Shown here: positions 54,953 to 63,472 of the stretch, piece by piece
Position numbering within the stretch: position 1 is the first letter of the stretch
Layout: each line of letters opens with the position of its first letter
Source: an uncultured Acidobacteriota bacterium
GTDB lineage: Bacteria; Acidobacteriota; Thermoanaerobaculia; Multivoradales; UBA5704
Direction of reading: 5' to 3'
Assembly: GCA_963700145.1 (NCBI GenBank)
Contig: OY969474.1
Location: 544,001 to 608,000, forward strand
DNA length: 64,000 nt
The notes under the pieces: model-generated
What the model saw: the letters and a program-made list of their open reading frames with translations, nothing else
Database searches by the model: none
Told to the model about the DNA's origin: nothing
Position numbers and translations under genes: made by a program

Positions 54953-55777
54953 ATGAAAGCAGAGTGGCAGGGCGAGCTCCTGAGCGAGCTGGGTCGCAAC
55001 CTGGTCGCAGGGTCTCTGACCGACCCCGAGCTCCTCCGCCAGACGGCCGGCCCGGTGCACCAGATCCTGCCCGAGGCCAACGTCGTCAAGATCGGCGGCC
55101 AGAGCATCATCGACCGGGGCGGGAAGGCGGTGTTCCCGCTGATCGAGGAGATCGTCGCCAACCTGCCGCGCCACCAGATCATCCTCGGCACCGGCGCCGG
55201 CACCCGGGCGCGCCAGGCCTACAGCGTGGCATTGGACCTCGGCCTGCCGATCGGGGTGATGAGCGTCCTCGGCACCTTCGTATCGATGCAGAACGCCCGC
55301 ATGATCCACTACCTGCTCGCCAAGCACGGCATCCCGTTCATCGAGCCGGCCCAGTTCCCCCAGCTTCCGCTCTATCTCGTCGAGCGCCGGGCGGTGATCT
55401 TCTTCGGCATGCCGCCCTACACCTTCTGGCAGGAGAACCCGGCGGTGGGGCGCATCCCTCCCCACCGCACGGACACCGGTGCCTACCTGGTCAGCGAGGT
55501 CTTCGGGACGCGTTCGATGATCTACGTCAAGGACGAGGACGGCCTCTACACCGCCGATCCGAAGAAGGACAAGCAGGCGCGCTTCATCCCGAAGATCACC
55601 GTCGCCGAGCTGGAGGCGATGGACTTGAAGGACGTGGTGGTGGAGCGGGCGGTCCTCGAGCTGATGAAGAACGCCCAGCACCGGCGCTCGATCCGCGTGA
55701 TCAACGGCCTGGTGCCCGGCAACCTCACCCGCGCCCTCGAGGGCGAGGACGTCGGCACGCTGATCACGGCGGACTGA
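54953..55777 (+). CDS. mosB: Molybdenum storage protein beta subunit-like
   Basis: SLTDPEL, ILPEANVVKIGGQSIIDRG, GTGAGTRAR, GMPPY, VKDEDGLYTADP, NGLVPGNLTRAL match my recall of Azotobacter MosB; follows modABC. Confidence 0.85.
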   Translation: MKAEWQGELLSELGRNLVAGSLTDPELLRQTAGPVHQILPEANVVKIGGQSIIDRGGKAVFPLIEEIVANLPRHQIILGTGAGTRARQAYSVALDLGLPIGVMSVLGTFVSMQNARMIHYLLAKHGIPFIEPAQFPQLPLYLVERRAVIFFGMPPYTFWQENPAVGRIPPHRTDTGAYLVSEVFGTRSMIYVKDEDGLYTADPKKDKQARFIPKITVAELEAMDLKDVVVERAVLELMKNAQHRRSIRVINGLVPGNLTRALEGEDVGTLITAD

Positions 55778-55817
55778 TAGGCGCGAAAGCCTTCGCGCCC
55801 GTGTCTGATTGCTACCA

Positions 55818-55859
55818 GGAGCGCCGTCCGTCGCGCGACCAGCGCGACGGGCTCCTAGG
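55818..55859. repeat. REP-like hairpin element, copy 2
   Basis: Same element and orientation as 37823-37864; preceded by hairpin GGCGCGAA-AGCC-TTCGCGCC (55780-55799). Confidence 0.75.
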
Positions 55860-55868
55860 AGGAACGCG

Positions 55869-56702
55869 ATGAAAGAGATCCGTCCCGGGGACGGGCGCCA
55901 CCACGTCGACTCGCTGCTGATGCGCGAGAGCCTGCTCGACAGAGACCTCGAGGCCGCCACCGACGACCACCGGCCGCTGGTGCGGATGCTCCCCGACGCC
56001 TGCGTGCTCAAGATCGGCGGGCGCTCGATCATCGACCGCGGGCGGCACGCCCTCTTCCCCCTCGTCGAGGCCGTCGGCAAGGCCCTCGCCGGCCGCACCC
56101 TGATCATCGGCACCGGCGGCGGCGTGCGCAGCCGTCACGTCTTCTCGATCGGCCTCGACCTCGGGATGCCGACCGGGGTCCTCGCCCAGCTCGCCATCGC
56201 CGACGCCCTCGGCAACGCCCACATCCTCGGCACCCTGCTCTCCCCGTACGGGGTGGTGGCGATCCCGCCCGAGATCTTCGGCCACCTGCTGCCGTTCTTC
56301 GTCAAGGCCGCGCCGGGAGTCATCTTCAACGGCGATCCGCCGTACTCGATCTGGGAGCACCCGCCCCCGATGGGGCGGATCCCGCGCCACCGCACCGACG
56401 CCGGCAGCTACTTGACCGCCGAGTGCTTCGGCTGCAAGTCGTTCACGCTGGTCAAGGACGTCGACGGTCTCTACGACGCCGACCCGAAGGACCACCCGTC
56501 GGCGAGCCTGATCCGGGAGATCAGCGTCTCCGAGCTGCGCGCCCGCCGCCTGCCCTCGCTCCCCTTCGACGAGATCCTGCTCGACCTGCTGGAACGGGCG
56601 CGGCTGGTCGACCGCTTCCAGATCGTCAACGGTCTCAAGCCGGAGCTGCTCGCGCCGGCGCTCGACGGCGAGCACGTCGGCACGATCGTCTGGGCGGGGT
56701 GA
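55869..56702 (+). CDS. mosA: Molybdenum storage protein alpha subunit-like
   Basis: HVDSLLMRESLLDRDL, KIGGRSIIDRG, RSRHVFSIGLDLG, GEHVGT match my recall of MosA; RBS AGGAGG. Confidence 0.82.
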   Translation: MKEIRPGDGRHHVDSLLMRESLLDRDLEAATDDHRPLVRMLPDACVLKIGGRSIIDRGRHALFPLVEAVGKALAGRTLIIGTGGGVRSRHVFSIGLDLGMPTGVLAQLAIADALGNAHILGTLLSPYGVVAIPPEIFGHLLPFFVKAAPGVIFNGDPPYSIWEHPPPMGRIPRHRTDAGSYLTAECFGCKSFTLVKDVDGLYDADPKDHPSASLIREISVSELRARRLPSLPFDEILLDLLERARLVDRFQIVNGLKPELLAPALDGEHVGTIVWAG

Positions 56703-56833
56703 GACGGTTCCGGAGACTTGAGAGACGAGAAGCCGACCGCGAGGGTGACCGCATAGGCCACGCCAAGGACCACGACGCCCACCGCCGAGAAGATTCCGAG
56801 GCGACGAGCCGTCGCGCTGAACTCAACGGCCAC
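56700..56833 (-). pseudogene. 5' fragment of a membrane-protein gene, cut at the mosA end
   Basis: GTG with GGGGAGA RBS; AVEFSATARRLGIFSAVGVVVLGVAYAVTLAVGFSSLKSPEP (one TM helix), then runs into the mosA antisense strand. Confidence 0.45.
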
Positions 56834-57863
56834 TGCTCTCCCCGGACGCCGCCAACTTATCCAAGCAATTCTCAAAGGCTCCGGGAGTCCAAAGACACTG
56901 TTTAGTCGCCACGGCCGTCGGGCTAAGAACCCTCTCCACGATCGGCCTAATCCACCTGTCCCAACTCACAAAGATGTCGGAATGGGCGAGGGGAGCGGTC
57001 ATGAGCTCAATGTCAAAAAAGTAGCTCGCCTTATCCTTTCGTCCCGGATCCTGGCCTATGACAAGGAACACATTGACATACTGGGTAATGGAGGGCATCG
57101 ATTTCAAAAGGTGACCCGCAGCTCCACGATAACGATCTCTGGGCAACTCTTCCACGCGCCGCAGCATCTCCAGGTGAGCCGGGAGCGGAAGCGACCGACT
57201 CAGCTCGATAAAGCGAGGGGTCACAAAGTTCCTGAGCGCCGCCTCTTCCTCGATTCGCCGTGCCTTCTCTTTGCTTCCCCCGGCAATCTCCTTGCGCCGG
57301 AGCGAAGTCGCGGCAAGAGCTGGCACCGGACCCTCCTCCATGGAGAACGCCTGACGAGTCATTTTGCAAAGCTCAACCAAGCCGATACCCTTTAGTGCCT
57401 GACCGGCAATTGCTTGATCGGTTCGCATCAGCAACCGCGTCGAGAAGGGAAGCTCGGCTATATGGGCGATGACGGGCACGAAGAGTACAGAGGGATCCAC
57501 TGCTGGGCGGCTACCACGCCGAATCTCTTCAAAGACGGCATCAACTTCCGCGGTGAATATCTCCTCGGTGGAGGCAAACGATATGTTGAGACTGAATTCC
57601 TCCATCAGCGCTGCAACGCGGAGGGCAGAAGAAAATGACTGCCTGTAGAGCTCCCAGATGAGGGACGCTGTGAGGGGACAGAAGACCATTGCCCCGCTTA
57701 CAAGGTCCTGGAGCTTCTCGCGGAGCCGCGCTCCTTGCTCGGTGCTGGCTTCCGCGAGATCAATCCAGACGTTCATGTCCATCAGGACGACGAGACGCCC
57801 TTCAACCTTCTTGGAGATTTCCGGGTCTCGTAACTTCATTGGAATGACCTGCTCTTCATTCAT
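56823..57863 (-). CDS. Hypothetical protein, possible PIN-fold nuclease; lower GC
   Basis: LMDMNVWIDL at the N-terminus, WELY, FFDIE...DIFVSWD acidic pattern; visibly more AT-rich than its flanks. Confidence 0.55.
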   Translation of the reverse strand: MNEEQVIPMKLRDPEISKKVEGRLVVLMDMNVWIDLAEASTEQGARLREKLQDLVSGAMVFCPLTASLIWELYRQSFSSALRVAALMEEFSLNISFASTEEIFTAEVDAVFEEIRRGSRPAVDPSVLFVPVIAHIAELPFSTRLLMRTDQAIAGQALKGIGLVELCKMTRQAFSMEEGPVPALAATSLRRKEIAGGSKEKARRIEEEAALRNFVTPRFIELSRSLPLPAHLEMLRRVEELPRDRYRGAAGHLLKSMPSITQYVNVFLVIGQDPGRKDKASYFFDIELMTAPLAHSDIFVSWDRWIRPIVERVLSPTAVATKQCLWTPGAFENCLDKLAASGESSGR

Positions 57864-57903
57864 TCTCGAATCTACTTGGCGAATCCCCGTTGGATGAGTG
57901 GCT

Positions 57904-58485
57904 CTAGTCCCTTTGGAATGTTACAGAGGTAACCTTGACTTCAACCCCTCTTGTCCAGCTCAACGGTGCGTCATCCATCTTGGCACCAAAGATGCGACTC
58001 TGACCTGGTTTCAGCGGCTCCTGGTCTGCACTGAGGGATAGCTCGGTTACCAGCACAGGGTGATATCTCTTCTCAAATACCGGCCTGCCAAATTCACCCA
58101 AGCAGTAGATCGTAATCTCCACCTTCCTAAGCGTGCGGTCGCCTGTATTCGTGATCTCACCAAAGACAGCAATCTGGTCAAGTACATCGGGGGCGACGCG
58201 GACATTACTTACTACCACTCGGCTTATATACGCCTCTGCGGTTTTATCGTCGCCTTGATCTGAATCTGATGCTGCAGCAGGAATGTTCTGCTTGAAGTTC
58301 GTTAGAGCGGAGCCGAACGTTGCTAGCGCGCCCAGCAGAAGTCCCCAGAACAGGGCAGCAGCAAAGGTGATGATGAAGACTGCGGGTATCGCAGCAATGG
58401 CCCATTTGACCATGAAGCGGACCATGGATAGAAAAGGCATATCGAAGTCCGTGACAGCAACACGATTGGCGCTCGGCTCCGCCAT
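57904..58485 (-). CDS. Membrane-anchored FxLYD-like domain protein; lower GC
   Basis: VTDFDMPFLSMVRFMVKWAIAAIPA TM segment; GEITNTGDRTLRKVEITIY, PLKPGQSRIF; RBS AAGGAG. Confidence 0.7.
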   Translation of the reverse strand: MAEPSANRVAVTDFDMPFLSMVRFMVKWAIAAIPAVFIITFAAALFWGLLLGALATFGSALTNFKQNIPAAASDSDQGDDKTAEAYISRVVVSNVRVAPDVLDQIAVFGEITNTGDRTLRKVEITIYCLGEFGRPVFEKRYHPVLVTELSLSADQEPLKPGQSRIFGAKMDDAPLSWTRGVEVKVTSVTFQRD

Positions 58486-58755
58486 AAGGTCTCCTTCGCC
58501 ATCAAGGCCTGATTTTAATCTTGAGCGATTATAGCCGGCGAAGCGCTGCTTCGCACTGCGGGGGACTGCCCCTCCCATGGCGTCATTCGAGGTCTCTAGC
58601 TGAGGAGTACACTTCTGCCGGTCGGCGGCGGGAGAGCCCTCAGGGCGTGGGCACGAGTGCGATGGGTCCACCTAAGTTCGCGGAAGGTGGCCTCCCGCAG
58701 CCTTCGGACAGTTTGCCCTTGCCCGCGTACATCCACCACCCCATCCCAGCAGGAA

Positions 58756-59031
58756 TTGAATCTCTCGGAGTTTCTCGAAGGCGCGGCGGGCCGCGCTCTC
58801 GCTGCGGCGCTGGAGCGGAAGGCGCGGGGGAAGCGGAAGAGAGACAGGGCCCGGAAGGCTCGCGCCGCGGGGCGGCGCTCAGGGACGGTCTGCGGCCGCT
58901 GGAGTGGGGACGGAGAGGTTCCCGGATCTGCGGCTCTCGGGGCGGTGGCTGCGGGCGGCAGGCTTCGACTTAGGACATGCGTACGAAGTGGAGGTGCACG
59001 CCGGAAGGCTGGTCGTCCGGGCGGTTTCTGA
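58756..59031 (+). pseudogene. symE: SymE-family type I toxin, frameshifted at ~58920
   Basis: RRSGTVCGRWSGDGEV in one frame joins PDLRLSGRWLRAAGFDLGHAYEVEVHAGRLVVRAV in the next (GAG GTT C CCG). P.LRL.G.WL..AGF..G is the SymE motif. Confidence 0.7.
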
Positions 59032-59048
59032 CAAGGCGGGACGACCGG

Positions 59049-59372
59049 GAAGCCCCGCCAGGCGTTCGGGAAGCTCCGCTCTTCAAGACGGAAGCTTCCC
59101 CACCCGAAAGCGAAGCCTAGCTTTTCAAAAGCGAAGCTTCGCCAACGGAAAGGCAAGCTTCGCTTTTCGAGGGGGAAGCTTCGCTACCCGGAAGGGAAGC
59201 TTAGCTTTTCAAAAGGGAAGCTTCCCCGTCCGAAGGGGAAGCTTCACCTTTCAAGAGGGAAGCTTCGGTACCGGAAAGGGAAGCCTCGCTTTTCAAAAGC
59301 GAAGCTTCCCCAAGCGAAAGGAAGGCTTAGCTTTTCAAGTGGGAAGCTTCCTTTTTCGCTGGGGAAGCTTCC
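59049..59372. repeat. 21-bp tandem array (16 units) with palindromic GAAGCTTC core
   Basis: Units start at 59049, 59070, 59091 ... 59343, 59364; alternate units share an (a/c)GCTTTTCAAAAG-like tail (42-bp super-period). Confidence 0.92.
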
Positions 59373-59486
59373 TGGCGACCTGCGGAGGTGACACCCGCGA
59401 CATTCTGCCGCACTTCTAGGCGATCATCCGCGTCAGCTACCGGGAAATTGGGGAACGCTCCCCGCGAGCGGGGGAATGCTCCCGAC

Positions 59487-60347
59487 CTAGTCGAGGATAT
59501 AGGCGATCGGGTTGACGGCGTTGCCGTCGATCCGCACCTCGTAGTGGAGGTGCGAGCCGGTCGAGCGGCCGGTGCTGCCCACCAGGCCGAGGACGTCGCC
59601 GCGCTGCACCCGCTGGCCGGGCCGGACGTCGACGCGGGCGAGGTGCCCGTAGCGGCTGCTGAGGCCGAAGCCGTGCGCCAGGTAGACGGCGTTGCCGAGG
59701 CCGCCGAGGGTGCCGGCGCGGAGCACGATGCCGTCGGCGCTCGCCCGCACCGGCTGGCCGGCGGCGGCGGCGATGTCTACTCCCTGGTGGTCGCCGCGGC
59801 CGTGAGTCAGCGGATCGCTGCGGTAGCCGAAGCCGCTGGTCAGGATGCCTTGGACGGGGGCGATGGCGGGGGTGGCGGAGATCCAGCGTAGGCGCTGCTC
59901 GAGCTTGGCGTCGACCCGGTCGAGCTGGCCGGCGATCGCCTCGGCCCGCCGCGTCAGCTCGCCGAAGCCGCCCGCGCCCGGCTCGTCGAGCGGCGCGCTG
60001 CCGCCGATCCCGGCTTCGCTGCCGTTGTCCACCCCGTCGAGGCCGGCCACGATGGCGAGCTGCCGGGTGCGGTCCTCGTAGTCGGCGAGCTGCCGCTGGA
60101 TCTCTTGCAAGTCCTGCTCGAAGGCGCCGTTGACCTGCCGCAGCGCACGGTTCTCGGCCTCGAGGCGGGCGAGCTCGGTGGGGCTGACGTGGCTGTGGAA
60201 GTAGGCCCAGGTGACGGCGGCGGAGGCGGCGGTGAGGACGAGCAGGAGCGCGACGGCGAGGCCGATCTGGAGGTTGGTGACCCGCCACTTGCGGAGCCGG
60301 GCCCGCGCGTGCGGGACGAAGATGACGGTGTGGTGTGATCTGGCCAT
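59487..60347 (-). CDS. M23 family peptidoglycan endopeptidase
   Basis: TM plus coiled coil; HQGVD, YGHL, GSTGRSTGSHLHYEV. Confidence 0.93.
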   Translation of the reverse strand: MARSHHTVIFVPHARARLRKWRVTNLQIGLAVALLLVLTAASAAVTWAYFHSHVSPTELARLEAENRALRQVNGAFEQDLQEIQRQLADYEDRTRQLAIVAGLDGVDNGSEAGIGGSAPLDEPGAGGFGELTRRAEAIAGQLDRVDAKLEQRLRWISATPAIAPVQGILTSGFGYRSDPLTHGRGDHQGVDIAAAAGQPVRASADGIVLRAGTLGGLGNAVYLAHGFGLSSRYGHLARVDVRPGQRVQRGDVLGLVGSTGRSTGSHLHYEVRIDGNAVNPIAYILD

Positions 60348-60475
60348 GCGGACGATACGGGCAGAGCCCGGAGACGGCCCGCTCCGGGGCACGCGCGTGT
60401 TCAGCGACGGCAAAAATGGACCCGCGTATTGTGGTGACCGGCCCCTGCCGTGTCAACCCCTGCCGATCGTCAGAG

Positions 60476-60504
60476 TTGACAAATACCCCCTAGGGGTAAA
60501 TGGT
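60476..60504 (+). promoter_or_regulatory. sigma70 promoter overlapped by a CsoR operator
   Basis: TTGACA (60476-60481) followed by TACCCCC-T-AGGGGTA (60484-60498), the G/C-tract inverted repeat typical of CsoR/RcnR sites. Confidence 0.8.
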
Positions 60505-60511
60505 TCGCGCC

Positions 60512-60808
60512 ATGACGAACCAGACCCCAGCCCAGGGCGAGGCCGGCAAAGCGGAGCTGCGGCGGCGGCTCGCCCGCATCGAGGGACAGGTGCGTGGAAT
60601 CGCCCGCATGCTCGAGGAGGACCGCTACTGCGTCGAGGTGCTGACCCAGCTCGCGGCGGTCCACCAGGGGCTGCGCGAGGTGGCGCGCGAGCTCCTCTCC
60701 CAGCACATGCAGACCTGCGTCCGCCGCGCCTTCAGCGCCGGCGACGCCGCCCAGCAGGCGCGGGTGGTCGAGGAGCTGGCCGAGCTGGCGTTCAAGTACA
60801 GCCGCTAG
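60512..60808 (+). CDS. csoR: CsoR-family metal-sensing repressor
   Basis: RRLARIEGQVRGIARM, RYCVEVL, HMQTCV (Cys-His-Cys ligand set). Confidence 0.9.
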   Translation: MTNQTPAQGEAGKAELRRRLARIEGQVRGIARMLEEDRYCVEVLTQLAAVHQGLREVARELLSQHMQTCVRRAFSAGDAAQQARVVEELAELAFKYSR

Positions 60809-61040
60809 ATCATCTCCGGGCGCTCCGGGAAGATCTCGGAGAGCGGGCGATAGATCTCCATGCATGGGAGATTCATCCCGGGGCGTCGGAGATAGATCTC
60901 CATGCATGGAAGACTCTTTGTCGGACCGCGAAGATAGATCACCGTCTATAGAAGAGATGTCTCCGGGGCGCCGAGATGAACCTCGGGAGACGCGAGATCT
61001 TCATGCGGGCGCTCCCGGAAGCCCGCCGGCGCTCCCGAGA
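60808..61040. repeat. Second, degenerate 21/42-bp tandem array
   Basis: GATAGATCTCCATGCATGG at 60849 and 60891, GATAGATC at 60933; GA-starting 21-mers at 60870, 60912, 60954, 60975, 60996. Confidence 0.7.
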
Positions 61041-61086
61041 CATGGGTCGCCTGCCGCGACGCCTGCGCCCGCTGGTGGCCGCCTGC

Positions 61087-61782
61087 CTAGCGGCAGCGCG
61101 CGGCCAGGGCCTCGGCGTCGAGGACGGTGATCCGCGGCCCCGGCTGGACGGCGATCGCCCCCCGCCCCTTGAGGTCCGCCACCGCGTGGTTCACCCGCTC
61201 GCGCGAGGCGCCGACGAGCCCCGCCAGGTCGCTCTGGGAGAGCTTGAACGGGATGCGCGCGCCGCCGTCGGGCGCCGGGCGGCCGTGCTGCTGGGCGAAG
61301 GCGAGGAGCTGGCGCGCCACCCGTCCCTCGACGTCGAGGGTAGCGATCGCCTGGAGCTGCTCGTTGGCCTGGCGGAGCCGGCGGCAGAGCAGCTTGAAGA
61401 GGTTGAAGCCGAGCGCCGGCATCTCGCGCAGGCTGCGGTGGAAGGCGGCACGGTCGAGCCAGAGGCAGGTGGCCCGCTCGACGACCACGACGTCGGCCGA
61501 GCGGCCGGCGCTGTCGAAGAGGCTCATCTCGCCCACCGTGTCGCCGGCGGCGAGGAAGGCGAGCACGACCTCGGTGCCGTCCGCCTGCTCGACGGAGATC
61601 TTGGCCGTGCCGTCGAGGAGCACGAAGACCACTTCGCCCGGCTGCTCGGCGGTCATCAGGCTGGCGCCGGCGGGGAAGGTGCGCCGCCGCAGCAGCTCGT
61701 TGAGCCGCTCGAGCTCGGGGGCGGCGAGCTCGGCGAAGAGCGGGATCGCGGCGAGCTCCGCGGGGTCGGCGACGGCGGGCAC
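61087..61782 (-). CDS. Crp/Fnr-family transcriptional regulator
   Basis: LAAIPLFAEL, GEMSLFD...RSADV, LSQSDLAGLVGASRERVN HTH; probable GTG 61782. Confidence 0.9.
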   Translation of the reverse strand: MPAVADPAELAAIPLFAELAAPELERLNELLRRRTFPAGASLMTAEQPGEVVFVLLDGTAKISVEQADGTEVVLAFLAAGDTVGEMSLFDSAGRSADVVVVERATCLWLDRAAFHRSLREMPALGFNLFKLLCRRLRQANEQLQAIATLDVEGRVARQLLAFAQQHGRPAPDGGARIPFKLSQSDLAGLVGASRERVNHAVADLKGRGAIAVQPGPRITVLDAEALAARCR

Positions 61783-61821
61783 GGCGACTGACTCTACAAT
61801 CGCAATTGACTGGAGCCCGCC

Positions 61822-62778
61822 ATGAGCCAGGTCCACGGCATCCACCACGTCACCGCCATCTGCGGCGACGCCCAGGAGAACCTCGACTTCTACACCGGCG
61901 TCCTCGGCCTCCGCCTGGTCAAGCGCTCGGTCAACCAGGACGCGCCCGACACCTACCACCTCTTCTACGCCGACGCCGAGGGACACCCCGGCACCGACAT
62001 GACGTTCTTCCCCTGGCCGGGAATGCCGCCCGGCCGCAAGGGAGTGGGCTTGGCGGTGGAGGTCGGCTTCGCGGTGCCCGCGGGGAGCCTCGCCTTCTGG
62101 GCCGAGCGGCTGGCCGGGGCCGGCGCCGAGGTCGGCGGCCGCGTCAGCCGCTTCGGCGAGACGGCGCTGCGCCTGCGCGACCCGCACGGGCTGGAGCTGG
62201 CGCTGACCGAGACCGCCGAGCCGCGCGAGCTCGCGCCCTGGGCGCAGGGCCCGGTCCCCGAGCGGCACCAGATCCGCGGCTTCCACGCGGTGCGTCTCTG
62301 GGAGTGGAACCTGGGGGTGACCGGTCCCTTCCTCGAACAGGCGCTGGGCTGCGAGCGGGTGGGGGAGGAGGGAGGGTGGCACCGCTTCGGCACCGACGGC
62401 GGCGGCTCCGGCCGCTGGGTCGAGGTGCGCGAGCTGCCGGCGGAGCGCCGCGGCGCCTGGGGGGTCGGCACGGTGCACCACGTCGCCTTCCAGGTCGCCG
62501 ACGACGAGGAGCAGCTCGCGGTCCGGCAGCGGGTGGCGGCGGCGGGCGCGCACCCGACGCCGGTCATCGACCGCTTCTGGTTCCGCTCGGTCTACTTCAA
62601 GGAGCCCGGCGGCGTTCTCTTCGAGCTGGCGACGCTCGGCCCGGGGTTCGCGGTGGACGAGGACCCTGCCCACCTCGGCGAGCGGCTGATCCTGCCCCCC
62701 TGGCTGGAGCCGCGGCGGCGCGAGATCGAGGCCGCCCTGCCGCCGCTGCGCGTTCACGTACCGGCGGGCGGCGAGTGA
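61822..62778 (+). CDS. Ring-cleaving dioxygenase/glyoxalase (MhqO-like VOC family)
   Basis: GIHHVTAI, LGLRLVKRSVNQD, GTVHHVAF, DRFWFRSVYFKEPGGVLFELAT. Confidence 0.92.
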   Translation: MSQVHGIHHVTAICGDAQENLDFYTGVLGLRLVKRSVNQDAPDTYHLFYADAEGHPGTDMTFFPWPGMPPGRKGVGLAVEVGFAVPAGSLAFWAERLAGAGAEVGGRVSRFGETALRLRDPHGLELALTETAEPRELAPWAQGPVPERHQIRGFHAVRLWEWNLGVTGPFLEQALGCERVGEEGGWHRFGTDGGGSGRWVEVRELPAERRGAWGVGTVHHVAFQVADDEEQLAVRQRVAAAGAHPTPVIDRFWFRSVYFKEPGGVLFELATLGPGFAVDEDPAHLGERLILPPWLEPRRREIEAALPPLRVHVPAGGE

Positions 62779-62785
62779 GACGCCT

Positions 62786-63463
62786 CTGAAGGTCACCCGC
62801 CTCTACCTCGTCCGCCACGGCGCCACGCAGCTGACCGCCGAGGACCGCTTCGCCGGCACGGTGGGCGTCGAGCTGTCGGACGAGGGGCGGTGGCAGGCCG
62901 CCCGCCTCGGCGAGCGTCTGCGCGGCGAGGGCATCACCTCGGTCTACTCGAGCCCGCTGTCGCGCGCCCTGGAGACGGCGCGTATCGTCGCCGGCGCCTG
63001 CGGCCTCGAGCCGATCCCGCGCGACGGGCTGCGCGAGATCGGCCACGGCCGCTGGGAGGGGCTGACCCGTGCCGAAGTCGAGGCACGCTTCGCCGACGAG
63101 TACGCCGCCTGGGAGGAGGATCCCTTCACCTTCGCGCCGGAGGGGGGCGAGTCGGGCGTCGCCGTCCTCGCCCGCGCCCTGCCGGTCCTGCGCGAGATCG
63201 TCACCGGCCACCCGCGCGAGTGCGTGCTCGTCGTCTCGCACAAGGCGACGCTGCGCCTCCTCCTGAGCAGCCTCCTCGGCTTCGACGCCCGCGGCTACCG
63301 CGACCGTCTCGACCAGGCGCCGGCGAGCCTGAACGTGGTGGACTTCAAGGACCCGGTCCGCGCCCGTCTCATGCTCTTCAACGACACGTCGCATTACGCG
63401 GCGCGCCCGCGCACTGCCGACCAGAGCCTGTCGCGGTGGTGGGACGGCGCGGACCCGCGGTGA
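62786..63463 (+). CDS. Histidine phosphatase (phosphoglycerate mutase-like); start non-canonical or uncertain
   Basis: In-frame LKVTRLYLVRHGAT lies upstream of the ORF-track start; YSSPLSRA, LREIGHGRWEG, GGES, VVSHK. Confidence 0.88.
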   Translation: MKVTRLYLVRHGATQLTAEDRFAGTVGVELSDEGRWQAARLGERLRGEGITSVYSSPLSRALETARIVAGACGLEPIPRDGLREIGHGRWEGLTRAEVEARFADEYAAWEEDPFTFAPEGGESGVAVLARALPVLREIVTGHPRECVLVVSHKATLRLLLSSLLGFDARGYRDRLDQAPASLNVVDFKDPVRARLMLFNDTSHYAARPRTADQSLSRWWDGADPR

Positions 63464-63472
63464 GAGGGCGCG

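Noticed and set aside
54953-56702. Uridylate kinase (pyrH) pair
   Set aside because: Same fold, but the motifs and modABC context fit MosB/MosA, and there is no tsf/frr context.
59049-59372. CRISPR array
   Set aside because: Period is only 21 bp, the 'spacers' are 13 nt and resemble each other, and there are no cas genes.
37870-59480. Prophage or ICE
   Set aside because: No integrase, tRNA, phage structural or conjugation genes seen.
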